Below are positions 1-9,704 of a DNA stretch of 64,000 nucleotides, piece by piece. Positions within the stretch are counted from its first letter, which is position 1; each line of letters starts with the position of its first letter. The DNA lies in sequence record MK327934.1. One strand, given 5' to 3'. The notes below the pieces were generated by a model, which did no database searches, was not told the origin of the DNA, and saw only the letters and a program-made list of their open reading frames with translations. The DNA comes from Escherichia phage vB_EcoM_G2469. The translations under genes were made by a program, and so were the position numbers.

Positions 1-1154
1 GAACGACCTTGTGGAATCACCTTGTTCTGCTCTTTAAGGCTATTAAAAATAATAGCATCCCATGTTTTAATTGGGCTAAACACAGATTGAATCTGTATCT
101 TAGCATAATAACCCATGTCCAAGCTCAAGTTGATGAACTGACGCTTAGCATCAATTTGCAATACACGATACACGTCGATAATGTTATAAGAAATATATCG
201 TTGGTGATTGCTTTCACGAAGCTTAGAAATAGGGCCGTCATATTTCAGTTTACCAACGTTCAATTCAAATTCTGAAATGTAATCCAGAGAATACGACGGT
301 TGATTGGTAAAAGAGAATTTTTTGTAAAGGTCAATGTAATCAAGAACAGAGATACCGAACAATGTAATGATTTCACGAGAACCATACATGTTTTCGATAA
401 CTTTAACACGAGTTTTACGATGCGGTGATAAACGTTTCGCAGTAGATTCGCCAAAAATATTCTTGATTCGGTTATACACATATGGAATATCAAATGACTC
501 AACGTTCCATCCAGTCAAAATGACAGGAGTTTTCTGTTGCCAGAAGTTGAGATATTCCATCAACAATTCTTTTTCGTTATCGAACGGCATATAAATGATT
601 TTATCGATAATTTCAGATGGAACTTCATCACCACCTTGTTCTTGAAGCTTAGCCGCAATTTCGATAGACCATTCTTCTACATTACCATATGGAGAATTCA
701 ATAGATCAAATACGTAGAACCTGTCGTCAATTGAGTCATAATGGGTGATAGCATCAATCGGATGTTTTGCTTGTGACGGCTCAGGGAACCCGTCTGGAGA
801 TGTTACTTCGATGTCGAAGTTAGCCACACGAATTTTTGTATGGTCGTATTTGATTTCATAGTTATAAGTGTCAGACAAATACGCCAATTTGAAATCGTCC
901 ATGCCAAGTGCTTCAAGTCCGATATCTTCCATGCGTTTAATCCATTGGGAGGCATCACGCATATTAGCGAACAACTTACGAGTACACGGCTTACCGTAGA
1001 TATCGAAATATTTCGTAGCCTGACTTTCTGGACAATGAGCAAACAGTGATGGTTTATATTCTACTTCACGAGTACGTTCACGGCCATTAGAATCGATGTA
1101 ACGTTCAAAAATTGAATCACCAATCTGTTCAACCGTTAAGTAAAATTCTTTCAT
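1..1154 (-). CDS. 43: DNA polymerase gp43, N-terminal portion (gene continues beyond window start)
   Basis: Minus-strand ATG at 1152-1154 opens a frame translating MKEFYLTVEQIGDSIFERYIDSNGRERTREVEYKPSLF...; open to position 1; matches T4/RB69 gp43 N-terminus from memory. Confidence 0.9.
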   Translation of the reverse strand, partial: MKEFYLTVEQIGDSIFERYIDSNGRERTREVEYKPSLFAHCPESQATKYFDIYGKPCTRKLFANMRDASQWIKRMEDIGLEALGMDDFKLAYLSDTYNYEIKYDHTKIRVANFDIEVTSPDGFPEPSQAKHPIDAITHYDSIDDRFYVFDLLNSPYGNVEEWSIEIAAKLQEQGGDEVPSEIIDKIIYMPFDNEKELLMEYLNFWQQKTPVILTGWNVESFDIPYVYNRIKNIFGESTAKRLSPHRKTRVKVIENMYGSREIITLFGISVLDYIDLYKKFSFTNQPSYSLDYISEFELNVGKLKYDGPISKLRESNHQRYISYNIIDVYRVLQIDAKRQFINLSLDMGYYAKIQIQSVFSPIKTWDAIIFNSLKEQNKVIPQGR

Positions 1155-1211
1155 TTAATTTCCTTTAGACGAGTTATTGTCTTTTGTTTGTTGATGAACT
1201 TATTATACTCC

Positions 1212-1229
1212 AAATGGGACCGAAGTCCC
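1212..1229 (-). promoter_or_regulatory. RNA hairpin GGGAC-UUCG-GUCCC between regA stop and gene 43 RBS (stabiliser/terminator or part of gp43 translational operator)
   Basis: Plus atgggaccgaagtcccat is a perfect 7-bp stem with a UUCG tetraloop on the transcribed strand, about 45 nt upstream of the gene 43 start. Confidence 0.4.
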
Positions 1230-1235
1230 ATTGCT

Positions 1236-1604
1236 TTAATTACCAATTGTATATTTTGCTTTCAAAGTCCAGTCATCTTTCTGTTTAAAAGAGATAACAC
1301 GGAAGTTATTAGTCAGGCCAAACAGATCTTCACGAGCAGAGTCTTCAATAACAATCAATCCCCAGTCTTCAAGCAACTGAGCAATCGAATCACGTCGCTG
1401 ATAGTCTTCACCATCAATATCAACCTGACGTCCGTCCATACGCAGCATTTCTTTAAAGTGGACGATGTAATATTTACCTTGCTTTTGTAGGATATGACAG
1501 GACTGATAAAGAACTTTATCCTTGTTATTAGCGATGCCCATACGGGTCAGAGTCTCTTTGACTTTCAGAAAATCTTCGGGGTTCTTCAATTTAATTTCGA
1601 TCAT
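1236..1604 (-). CDS. regA: translational repressor RegA
   Basis: ORF 1236..1613; from M4 reads MIEIKLKNPEDFLKVKETLTRMGIANNKDKVLYQSCHIL..., 122 aa, position between 43 and 62 as in T4. Confidence 0.9.
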   Translation of the reverse strand: MIEIKLKNPEDFLKVKETLTRMGIANNKDKVLYQSCHILQKQGKYYIVHFKEMLRMDGRQVDIDGEDYQRRDSIAQLLEDWGLIVIEDSAREDLFGLTNNFRVISFKQKDDWTLKAKYTIGN

Positions 1605-1606
1605 TT

Positions 1607-2170
1607 TTACCATTCCAATGCTAATTTTTTAAATTGTTTTTGTTCTTTCACATTTTTTGTAACTTCTTTGAGAAACTCATCAGTGACCATGGCCTTCAGT
1701 TCTTTAAGGACTATTGGCAACTTGTTATTTTTTTCAAGGAGCCGCTTATACTCGGTAGCATCATTCATGTTGATTGTGTAATGTTTCATCAACAGTTTGA
1801 TAACTAGTAACTCTGAAGTGTCTTCAACTAGTTTAGCCCATTTAGAGAATCGACGACCACGCGGAATTGCAGCCATCATATAGTTGAAGTGCGCTTCATC
1901 ACTTAATTCAGAACCGACTAAGTTCATCATGTAAACAGCTGGCATACATTCCGGGAACTGGGATAATGAGTTCTCAACCATAAATTTTGAGTAGTCGACC
2001 TGAGCAATTGACGTAGATTTCTTTTCATTAATAGCATTAATGATTTTAAAGAATTCATTCTCAGGTTTTTCTTTAAACATGTCAGCACATTTTTGAATCG
2101 CATCAGCGTCGTTAGACTTCCATGCAATTTGGTGCTCGTTAAGTTGGACGTCATCATCAAATAAGTTCAT
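1607..2170 (-). CDS. 62: clamp loader small subunit gp62
   Basis: 187-aa ORF, same size and position as T4 gp62; start overlaps gene 44 stop. Confidence 0.85.
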   Translation of the reverse strand: MNLFDDDVQLNEHQIAWKSNDADAIQKCADMFKEKPENEFFKIINAINEKKSTSIAQVDYSKFMVENSLSQFPECMPAVYMMNLVGSELSDEAHFNYMMAAIPRGRRFSKWAKLVEDTSELLVIKLLMKHYTINMNDATEYKRLLEKNNKLPIVLKELKAMVTDEFLKEVTKNVKEQKQFKKLALEW

Positions 2171-2171
2171 A

Positions 2172-3134
2172 TTATTTCCAAGTCAGTTCGCAGGTCAGTT
2201 GAAGAAGCATATACATAACATGTAATTCAATATTACTTGCTAATCCATGAAACTTATTGTTTTCGCCTGCAATTTCATAAAGCGAAATAATACTTTTACC
2301 AGGTGCAACTTGGTCATAACATTCTGAAACTAATTTATCGATGAACCATGAATAATCTGCGGCATATTTTGGAGCTAATGCACGAAGTTGTTTGATATCT
2401 TTATTTTTCATTGCTTCTATGACATCATCTACCGTGCCACGATCATTGGTTACAATCGACAAAATACCTGCATCAAGAACACCTTTAGACGAGTACTGGT
2501 CTAATTGACCAATTGTACGTCGAAAGTCCGGGAAGTTCTTTTTAACCAGAGCTGCAACAACTTTCATATCAGCGATTTCGATATTTTCGTTCTTACAGAT
2601 TTCAACCATGCGATGAATCATTTTCTTCATCATTGAGATTTTATCTTCTTCGGTTGGACGTCCGAATTCGATAACTCGACAACGACTACGTAACGGTTCG
2701 ATAATTCCATCGATGTTGTTGGCAGTAATAATAATAGAACAGTTACTAGAGAATTCTTCCATGAATGTACGAAGGTGACGTTGTGATTCAGCGAGGCCAC
2801 TACGGTCAAATTCATCAATAACAATAACTTTAGGCTTGCCTTCCATTGAGACTGAACGAGCGAATGCAGTTAATGGACCACGCACAAAATCAATCTTACA
2901 ATCAGAACCGTTGACGAACATCATTTCGGCATTGATATCATTACATAATGCTTTTGCTACGGTTGTTTTACCGGTACCAGGAGATGGAGAGTGTAAAATA
3001 ATATGAGGAAGTTTTCCTTTAGATACTAAAGACTTGAATGTTTCATGGTCATACGCAGGCAGAATACATTCGTCAATGGAAGAAGGACGATATTTCTGTT
3101 CTAGAATGTGTTCTTTGGAATTGATAGTAATCAT
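2172..3134 (-). CDS. 44: clamp loader ATPase subunit gp44 (AAA+)
   Basis: 320-aa ORF with Walker [11 protein letters not shown] and Walker B VIVIDEFD; T4 gp44-like. Confidence 0.9.
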   Translation of the reverse strand: MITINSKEHILEQKYRPSSIDECILPAYDHETFKSLVSKGKLPHIILHSPSPGTGKTTVAKALCNDINAEMMFVNGSDCKIDFVRGPLTAFARSVSMEGKPKVIVIDEFDRSGLAESQRHLRTFMEEFSSNCSIIITANNIDGIIEPLRSRCRVIEFGRPTEEDKISMMKKMIHRMVEICKNENIEIADMKVVAALVKKNFPDFRRTIGQLDQYSSKGVLDAGILSIVTNDRGTVDDVIEAMKNKDIKQLRALAPKYAADYSWFIDKLVSECYDQVAPGKSIISLYEIAGENNKFHGLASNIELHVMYMLLQLTCELTWK

Positions 3135-3209
3135 GTAATTTTCCTCATTATCATTAAACTGGAGGATTTCTCCTCCATAATCGTATCACAATAAACGTAA
3201 AGCTTTGAC

Positions 3210-3966
3210 TTAGAAGTCGTGAGTAGAATCGGCTTCCATCGCAATAACATAACTTACTTGAGAGCTTTCAAACTTGGCTGCAACTTTATCACCAGCTCCC
3301 CACAACATTACTTTATAGTTACCTGGCTGGATTTTCATATTAGCCATATTGATTACGAAGTTAAAGTTGTTAGAACCATCATAATCGGTAAGAGTCAAAG
3401 AATACTTAGGACGAGTTAGTCCAGAATCTTCAACTTTATTATAGCCATTGATAACAATTTTACCATCTTTATTTGTAATAGCAATTGTATCAATCTGAAG
3501 ACCACGTGAAACTCGAAGTAATTGTTGAAGGTCTTCGGCTTTAATTTCAGTAATCACAGAAGCCACCGGGAATTGAATTGGCTTATTAGGAAAAACAATG
3601 GTGCTCTTGTCAGCGGCAGGCCAATAAACTGTGGAACGTGTATCTGCAATTTTAATATTGCCATCAGTGTGCATTGAAATTTCAGCATCATCAGACACTA
3701 GACTCAAAATGCTTAAGAAGCTATTCAAATCATAAAGTGCTATCATCAGACACTAGACTCAAAATGCTTAAGAAGCTATTCAAATCATAAAGTGCTACGT
3801 CAAAATCAATTTCATCAGAGATATTTGCTTCCGCATAAGTGGTGCCATTAACTGCACGAGTCATAATAAATTTACCTTGACTCAGCAGAATGCCGGAGTT
3901 AATAGAGGCGAAGTTTTTCAGAATAGCGATAGTATCTTTAGACAGTTTCATTTTATTTCCTTTCAA
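3210..3966 (-). CDS. 45: sliding clamp gp45, reading frame interrupted by a 55-bp tandem duplication; read as two ORFs 3730..3966 and 3210..3746
   Basis: N-fragment MKLSKDTIAILKNFASINSGILL...LSLVSDDSTL* and C-fragment MIALYDLNSFLSILSLVSDDAEISMHTDGNIKIAD...; removing one repeat copy restores a continuous 233-codon gp45. Confidence 0.85.
3688..3797. repeat. perfect direct tandem duplication, 2 x 55 bp
   Basis: 3688-3742 and 3743-3797 are identical (tcatcagacactagactcaaaatgcttaagaagctattcaaatcataaagtgcta); boundary ambiguous by 1 bp. Confidence 0.9.
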
Positions 3967-3993
3967 GACAATTAGAAGTTTATAACAAATTTA

Positions 3994-4410
3994 TTATGCA
4001 GCAACAATCTGCTTTTTAATAGCTTCAGGCAGTGATTCAATATATTCTGGAATTTTAGAAGCAACAATTTCGCCAGCTGCAATTAGTTGTTCGTCGGCAT
4101 CAACACAGTAGAAATCTTCTAGACGCTCAGAACCGTCTTTATCAAGAACTATTTTTCCGCCAGCTTCAATAGAATCTTTATAGTGCTTACGCATCAGATG
4201 AATCCACATATCAGATACATCATTATCAATAAAACCATAAATCATAAAACGAGTTTCTTGTGGCAAAGATTGGAGTTTTTTAGCACTTGCGTCATCACAA
4301 TGCAGGACCCATGCTTTACGAACACGATTATGGTTATGTGGGTTAGCGTCAGTACGGATAGAAGTAACTTTCAGATCAGCAGCAGTGAAACCTTTAGCAG
4401 TAGTAAACAT
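3994..4410 (-). CDS. rpbA: probable RNA polymerase-binding protein RpbA
   Basis: 138-aa ORF directly upstream of gene 45, position as T4 rpbA; named by synteny. Confidence 0.55.
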   Translation of the reverse strand: MFTTAKGFTAADLKVTSIRTDANPHNHNRVRKAWVLHCDDASAKKLQSLPQETRFMIYGFIDNDVSDMWIHLMRKHYKDSIEAGGKIVLDKDGSERLEDFYCVDADEQLIAAGEIVASKIPEYIESLPEAIKKQIVAA

Positions 4411-4422
4411 ATTATTTCTCTC

Positions 4423-4614
4423 TTATTCGTAGAAGTCGGTAACTGTCCATGCGGAATTGCGATTAGACATTATTTTATTATACTCATCTTTAAAAGCAGA
4501 TTTGAGCATTTGTTCAGTAACAATATGTTCTTCACCTGAAAACGTATTGGTCAAAACATATTTTTTAATTTCAGGGACAACGAGAAGATGTTGTCCGGTT
4601 GAATACTCCGCCAT
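4423..4614 (-). CDS. hypothetical protein (position of T4 45.2)
   Basis: 63-aa ORF between rpbA and gene 46 region. Confidence 0.5.
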   Translation of the reverse strand: MAEYSTGQHLLVVPEIKKYVLTNTFSGEEHIVTEQMLKSAFKDEYNKIMSNRNSAWTVTDFYE

Positions 4615-4638
4615 TATAAATCTCCGAGATTAAAGCAA

Positions 4639-4646
4639 TATAAATA
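4639..4646 (+). promoter_or_regulatory. T4-type late promoter TATAAATA for the plus-strand HNH gene
   Basis: Exact TATAAATA on the plus strand about 45 nt upstream of ATG 4692. Confidence 0.55.
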
Positions 4647-4691
4647 GGTTTATCAATTTATCTGTTGCTGTATCAAATAAGGATTTAGTAA

Positions 4692-5408
4692 ATGAATTAT
4701 AACTCAATATACGAAAAGCTTATCACCAATGCTAAATCAAGAAGTTTAGATGGTTATACAGAACGTCATCACATTATACCACAATGTTTAGGTGGAAGTG
4801 ATGATGCTTTAAACTTAGTAGACTTAACACCGGAAGAACATTATTTGGCACATCAACTGTTGGTAAAAATCCATCCAGATAATGCCTCTTTAATATATGC
4901 CGCTCGTATGATGACCATATCATCTCCTAAAGCAGATAGAAGCAAAAACAAATTATTTGGATGGCTTCGACGTAAGAATCAAGAAGTTCAAAAGAACAAA
5001 GAATTCACTGCTGAAACCCGTAAGAAAATGTCTGAGTCTGCAAAAAATAAACCAAAGATTACATGTCCACACTGCGGTTTAACCGGCACTGAAGGAAACA
5101 TGAGACGTTGGCATTTTGATAACTGTAAACAAGGCCCTACGCCTAAAATAGTAAAACTTGATCAAGAAACAAAAGATAAAATAATTAAAACCATGGCCAC
5201 GAAAATTTGGAAAGAAGATTCTTGCCCGTTTTGTGGCTTAACTACTAAGTTATCGGCGTTAAAGCCACATATAAAATTCTGTAAATCAAATCCTAACAGA
5301 AAGAAAAAAGAGGACAAGAAAATTAAATGTCCTCATTGCGATAAAATAGGGATCCCTGCTAATATGCATCGTTGGCATTTTGATAACTGTAAACATAAGC
5401 CTCATTAA
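4692..5408 (+). CDS. HNH endonuclease with three C-terminal zinc-finger-like repeats (putative free-standing homing endonuclease)
   Basis: HNH core ERHHIIPQCLGGSDDALNLVDLTPEEHYLAHQLL; three repeats of CPHCG...NMRRWHFDNC; only substantial plus-strand gene in the early block; AAGGA RBS upstream. Confidence 0.8.
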   Translation: MNYNSIYEKLITNAKSRSLDGYTERHHIIPQCLGGSDDALNLVDLTPEEHYLAHQLLVKIHPDNASLIYAARMMTISSPKADRSKNKLFGWLRRKNQEVQKNKEFTAETRKKMSESAKNKPKITCPHCGLTGTEGNMRRWHFDNCKQGPTPKIVKLDQETKDKIIKTMATKIWKEDSCPFCGLTTKLSALKPHIKFCKSNPNRKKKEDKKIKCPHCDKIGIPANMHRWHFDNCKHKPH

Positions 5409-7093
5409 GAGGCTTTCATTACAGTAAATCGTCCAACTTTGCTCATTTGCAAATGTTGTCCATAAGCTTGTGGGTCATGGTCTCTGTGACTAATTATAAA
5501 CACGTTTGCATCGGTTAGAGAGTTAAGAATTGTTGAAATAGCTTTAATACCTTCAGAATCAGTCGCGGAATCCATGACTTCGTCCATAATTAATGTATTG
5601 ATTCTAACACCAGAGACCTTTTCAGCGATATCTCGCCATGTAAACAACAATGCGATATCGATACGTGCCTTTTCACCTTGACTAAATGAAGCATAACTGA
5701 ATTCTTCACGTCCACGTGATTTTATAGATTCATTGAATTCTTCGTCAATAGAAAACACGTAATCAGCTTCCATGATTTTAAGATAATGGTTAATCTGCTT
5801 GTTGAACAGAGGCACATATTTTTTAATGATAGCACCTTTAATACCAGAATCTTTTAACATATCTGTGATAATACCACGATGGTATTTTTCAAGAACGATA
5901 TCCGATTTTGTTTTAATGATTTTATCAAGTTCTTTTTGAAGCAAAGCTATCTCATCGGCATGGTCGATAAATTCCGCCGAGGCTTGTTCTATTGCAGCTT
6001 TAACTTTCTTAGCTTTATCAATAGTGGCAATCATTGCTTGTTTCTTGGTACGAATATCAGATGCAATGTCCTGTTTAGTCTTAACATTAGCTCTATATTC
6101 GTCCACTAGGACACTCAGATTATCTCTGTGACAGGTAAGTTGCTCGAATGAGTGATTACATTCATGAAGCTTATCGGTAATCTTAGAGACAATAGGATCA
6201 CCCTGGTGCAACTGTGATGCACAAGTAGGACATGTGCCGCCATCATGATACATCTTAATAACTTTGTTATATGAGTCAATTTTAGATTTAATCAAGAATG
6301 CTTCTTGTCCTATCTTGTTGAATGCCTCAGTAGGGTCTTCATCAAGAACGATATTAAGTAGTCGCTCATTAGCTTCTTCTATTTCTGCTTTTAATGAACG
6401 AGCTTCTTTGGCTAGGTCGTCATACATATTCTGTAGACGCGCTACATTATCACCAGATAATTTCTTTTGACGTTCGATATTCTCGTTATAAATCTTAATT
6501 TGTTGGATAACACCATCTTTCTTGGCATCGAGAACTTGTCCCTGGGAATTAAGTTCTCGAACTTGAGACTTATTGATTTTATCCATTTCAGCGAGTGTGC
6601 CGACTTCTAAAAGGTCTTCGACAAGTTTTCTACGAGCAGGGGTGCTAAGAGCCATGAAAGGGGTATACCCTGCCGTCCCAAGCACAACTATTTGTTTAAA
6701 AGACGCGTATGACATTCCGATGCTACGTTCAAATTCTTCTTGGAAGTCACGACTGCTGGCAGATTCATCGAGACGAACACCATCAACGGAGATTTCGAAA
6801 ATATTGGGCTTTTGGCCACGTCTAATGAAGTATTTTTTATCATCGAATTCCATCCAAAGCTCAACTAAGAGCTCTTTCTTGTTCGTGCTATTAATGATTT
6901 GTCCTTTCTTAACATCACGAAATGGTTTACCGAAAAGTCCGAAAGTAATGGCTTCTAACATCGTAGATTTACCACCGCCGTTTTTACCTGTGATTAAGGT
7001 CTTTTGGACTTTATCTAATTGGATATCGATAAAATTTTGCCCAACAGACATTATATTTTTATAACGAACACGATTTAATTTAAATGTTTTCAC
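5405..7093 (-). CDS. 46: recombination endonuclease subunit gp46 (SbcC/Rad50-like ATPase)
   Basis: 562-aa ORF, Walker A GKNGGGKST, long coiled-coil, C-terminal signature; apparent GTG start at 7091-7093 directly after an in-frame stop. Confidence 0.9.
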   Translation of the reverse strand: MKTFKLNRVRYKNIMSVGQNFIDIQLDKVQKTLITGKNGGGKSTMLEAITFGLFGKPFRDVKKGQIINSTNKKELLVELWMEFDDKKYFIRRGQKPNIFEISVDGVRLDESASSRDFQEEFERSIGMSYASFKQIVVLGTAGYTPFMALSTPARRKLVEDLLEVGTLAEMDKINKSQVRELNSQGQVLDAKKDGVIQQIKIYNENIERQKKLSGDNVARLQNMYDDLAKEARSLKAEIEEANERLLNIVLDEDPTEAFNKIGQEAFLIKSKIDSYNKVIKMYHDGGTCPTCASQLHQGDPIVSKITDKLHECNHSFEQLTCHRDNLSVLVDEYRANVKTKQDIASDIRTKKQAMIATIDKAKKVKAAIEQASAEFIDHADEIALLQKELDKIIKTKSDIVLEKYHRGIITDMLKDSGIKGAIIKKYVPLFNKQINHYLKIMEADYVFSIDEEFNESIKSRGREEFSYASFSQGEKARIDIALLFTWRDIAEKVSGVRINTLIMDEVMDSATDSEGIKAISTILNSLTDANVFIISHRDHDPQAYGQHLQMSKVGRFTVMKAS

Positions 7094-7950
7094 TTAAATT
7101 TTTCCTCATGAATTCAGAAACTAAAGCCTGTAAAGAACTTTGTATAGGATATCCTAAATTGACTAAATTTTTAGAAAAAGTCACATATTTAGGTTTGTTC
7201 ATTTTAACCCATTCAACGTAAAGCATATCAAAATTTTCCCAATGATATCCTTTTCTTCTAGATTTCAAATGAGTGTCTCTAACTTTAGGATTTTTCCAAC
7301 TGCGTGAAACTCCAGCCGATAATGATTCTCTATATTCGGCTGTTTTAGATATTTTACGACAAGCATCCAAATGTTTTTGTTTATTAATAGGGTCACTAAA
7401 CCACTTTTGGGTCATAATAGAGACGGTTTCTTTAAATTCCTTTGAACTTGTCATAATTCTGTGTTTCTTTAAATTTTCCGGATTTTTAAACCATGCTTTT
7501 AAAGCTTGACTAATCTTAATTCTATTATCCTGATTGGAATAGTATAATGTCATTTTTATAGAATTAACTTTACAAACATTTTCGAATTCTAAAGAATACG
7601 CCTCGGCTATATTATTTAGTTCATGCGTTGTACAATTTAAATTAAATCGCCCGGTATACATTCTTTGAAGCGCGTTAATCATCTTATGGTTGCCAGTTTT
7701 TGCCAAAATGCTATGTGCAATAAAATGGTTATAATGACTTAAATGACACAAGTTCCATTTACATGTTTTAAAATCTGGAAAAATAGATTTTGGTAGTATA
7801 TGGTGAACCTGAGTCAGTCCTTTTACTTTATTAGTGGAATTAGTTTTTATAAAGTTTAAATACTCATCAAGTCCTTCCCACGAAGGGAAGGAGGTTTTAA
7901 GAATTTTATAAATTTGAGTTTCATAATCAGTCTTCGTCATTATACGCATC
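7080..7950 (-). CDS. HNH-like endonuclease with C-terminal NUMOD-like repeats (putative homing endonuclease)
   Basis: Motif VHHILPKS...WNLCHLSHYNHFIAH; repeats WFKNPENLKKH / WFSDPINKQKH / WKNPKVRDTHLK; overlaps gene 46 start and the upstream ORF. Confidence 0.6.
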
Positions 7951-8184
7951 CTCAATACACGCTTCAGCCATTTTAAGAATAGAGCCGGGAGTATCGTTGT
8001 CCATTATATTAAAGCTAAATTCAATAGCCCAGTCGGTGCAGACATGAACTGCTTTAACTTCATTGCCTTCAACGCGTAATGGCTCAATCCAATACTTGAT
8101 AGTGTTCTCGAATCCATCATCATCTTTAACGTCCATTTCAACTTCAAGCCCAAGCCCAGCATTGTTAAATTCATCTAAAGTCAT
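7927..8184 (-). CDS. hypothetical acidic protein (position of T4 46.1)
   Basis: 85-aa ORF between gene 47 and the HNH-like gene. Confidence 0.5.
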   Translation of the reverse strand: MTLDEFNNAGLGLEVEMDVKDDDGFENTIKYWIEPLRVEGNEVKAVHVCTDWAIEFSFNIMDNDTPGSILKMAEACIEDAYNDED

Positions 8185-9200
8185 TGTGTTGCCTCAATAT
8201 AAAGTTCGTTGGAATATTTGACCAGCGCTTCTCTGTCTTCGTCTGAGATATCTGGAATCGCGTCAATATATTCTTTAATGATATCTTGAAGTGATTTAAT
8301 CTCGATTTCCTGGTCGTCATCAAATTCAACACTATTATCAACTTTAGAAACCATACGAAGAGAGTGAACTACTTTTTCAAGTTCAGATTCAAACTTAGTC
8401 AACTCTGAATCAATTTCTGATACTATAACACGTACGGCTAGATTAGTATAATCAGAATAATTGATTTTGCCTTTAAACGGATAAGTGATTCGTCGATGCC
8501 ATGTTGTTTCATTAGGAATAAATTCCATACGTTCAACATCAGTGTCAAATACCCAGAATCCGCGCGGGTCGTTCTCATCACCTGCAGTAAGGGTCCATGG
8601 TGTCCCAATATATTTGACGTTAGCAGCTTCAGAGATTGTGTGGAAGTGGCCGGACCAGACTTGTTTATAGGTCTTTAAGAAATCAGGTTCAAGCCCATGA
8701 GACTTCATCCCTTTATAGAAATAAAAGCCATTCAGTTCCCAGTGACCAACACAATACGCTGCAGAAGAAGTCTTGATGTGCTCTAAGATTTCACCTGTAT
8801 TTTCTTCACACATCCATGGAACGATATCAATCAGACATCCGTCAAAATCTACAGTAGTCGGATGCTCATAAATAGTAAAGTTTTCAAATTGAGTTAACAA
8901 TTCAGAAACAGTGTTAGGTGTTATTGTATTCTTAAACGCCATGTCATGGTTTCCTATCGTGACATGAACGTGAATGCCTGCTTTAGAAATCATATCAACG
9001 ATTTCACGATTGAATTCCATTGTACGATGTGTTATTGCTTTACGGACGTCAAACCAATCACCGTACTGAATCCAAGTTTTAATCCCGTGTTTCTTAGAGT
9101 ATTCAATTGCTTGTCGAATACCATCACGTTGAATATCTTGAACCCATGGGTCGTCTTGTTTGACTCCGATATGGAAGTCGCCTAAGTGCAAAATTTTCAT
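8181..9200 (-). CDS. 47: recombination endonuclease subunit gp47 (Mre11/SbcD-like phosphoesterase)
   Basis: 339-aa ORF, MKILHLGDFHIG...GDWFD...GNHD calcineurin-like motifs. Confidence 0.9.
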   Translation of the reverse strand: MKILHLGDFHIGVKQDDPWVQDIQRDGIRQAIEYSKKHGIKTWIQYGDWFDVRKAITHRTMEFNREIVDMISKAGIHVHVTIGNHDMAFKNTITPNTVSELLTQFENFTIYEHPTTVDFDGCLIDIVPWMCEENTGEILEHIKTSSAAYCVGHWELNGFYFYKGMKSHGLEPDFLKTYKQVWSGHFHTISEAANVKYIGTPWTLTAGDENDPRGFWVFDTDVERMEFIPNETTWHRRITYPFKGKINYSDYTNLAVRVIVSEIDSELTKFESELEKVVHSLRMVSKVDNSVEFDDDQEIEIKSLQDIIKEYIDAIPDISDEDREALVKYSNELYIEATQ

Positions 9201-9245
9201 ATTATTTCCTCATTAGTTAATTCATTCTATCATCCGTTTATAAAG

Positions 9246-9270
9246 CAAAAAAGGAACTCCGAAGAGTTCC
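9246..9270 (-). terminator. intrinsic terminator (minus strand)
   Basis: Plus aaaaaaggaactccgaagagttcc: stem GGAACUC/GAGUUCC with UUCG loop followed by a U-run on the minus strand. Confidence 0.6.
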
Positions 9271-9273
9271 TAT

Positions 9274-9447
9274 CCACATAGTACACCGTACAGAGGCTCA
9301 TTTGAACTTTTAAATCGAATGGGCTTGTACGTAATAGTTCCTTCGGCTTTAGCTTTATCATAAGACTCTTTAAAACGTCTCATTCTTTCTGCTTTGCCTT
9401 TACGGATTTTATCGAAATTTTCAGAAGTCGGGATGTTCGTCATGCAT
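9274..9447 (-). CDS. hypothetical small protein (57 aa)
   Basis: Hand translation MTNIPTSENFDKIRKGKAERMRRFKESYDKAKAEG...; ends just before the terminator; below the ORF-track cutoff. Confidence 0.35.
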
Positions 9448-9482
9448 AATCATCTCTCAGAAAATACCTAAACCGATTTCTC

Positions 9483-9704
9483 TCATCGTTTCCACCATTT
9501 CTTAACTTGAAATGAATCGACCCACACGAGTTGTTTTGGGTCTGCCTTTACAATAGGCGGACAAATTTCTGTAATAGAACCGTCGTGATATTCCTTTTCA
9601 GAAATTTTAACACAAAGAGGACCTCCCAATTTAAGGGTGAACCCTGCGTTCAGCCTCAGACGTTTAAACTTTGTTTGAACTAGCGCCATTAATGATGTCC
9701 TCAA
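9483..9704 (-). CDS. hypothetical protein
   Basis: 73-aa ORF. Confidence 0.4.
   Translation of the reverse strand: MRTSLMALVQTKFKRLRLNAGFTLKLGGPLCVKISEKEYHDGSITEICPPIVKADPKQLVWVDSFQVKKWWKR

Noticed and set aside
9-1049. Plus-strand ORFs (9..275, 367..594, 840..1049) and minus-strand ORFs 260..502 and 803..1042 inside the gene 43 region
   Set aside because: They lie in other frames or antisense to the continuous gp43 reading frame, whose translation matches DNA polymerase; treated as spurious.
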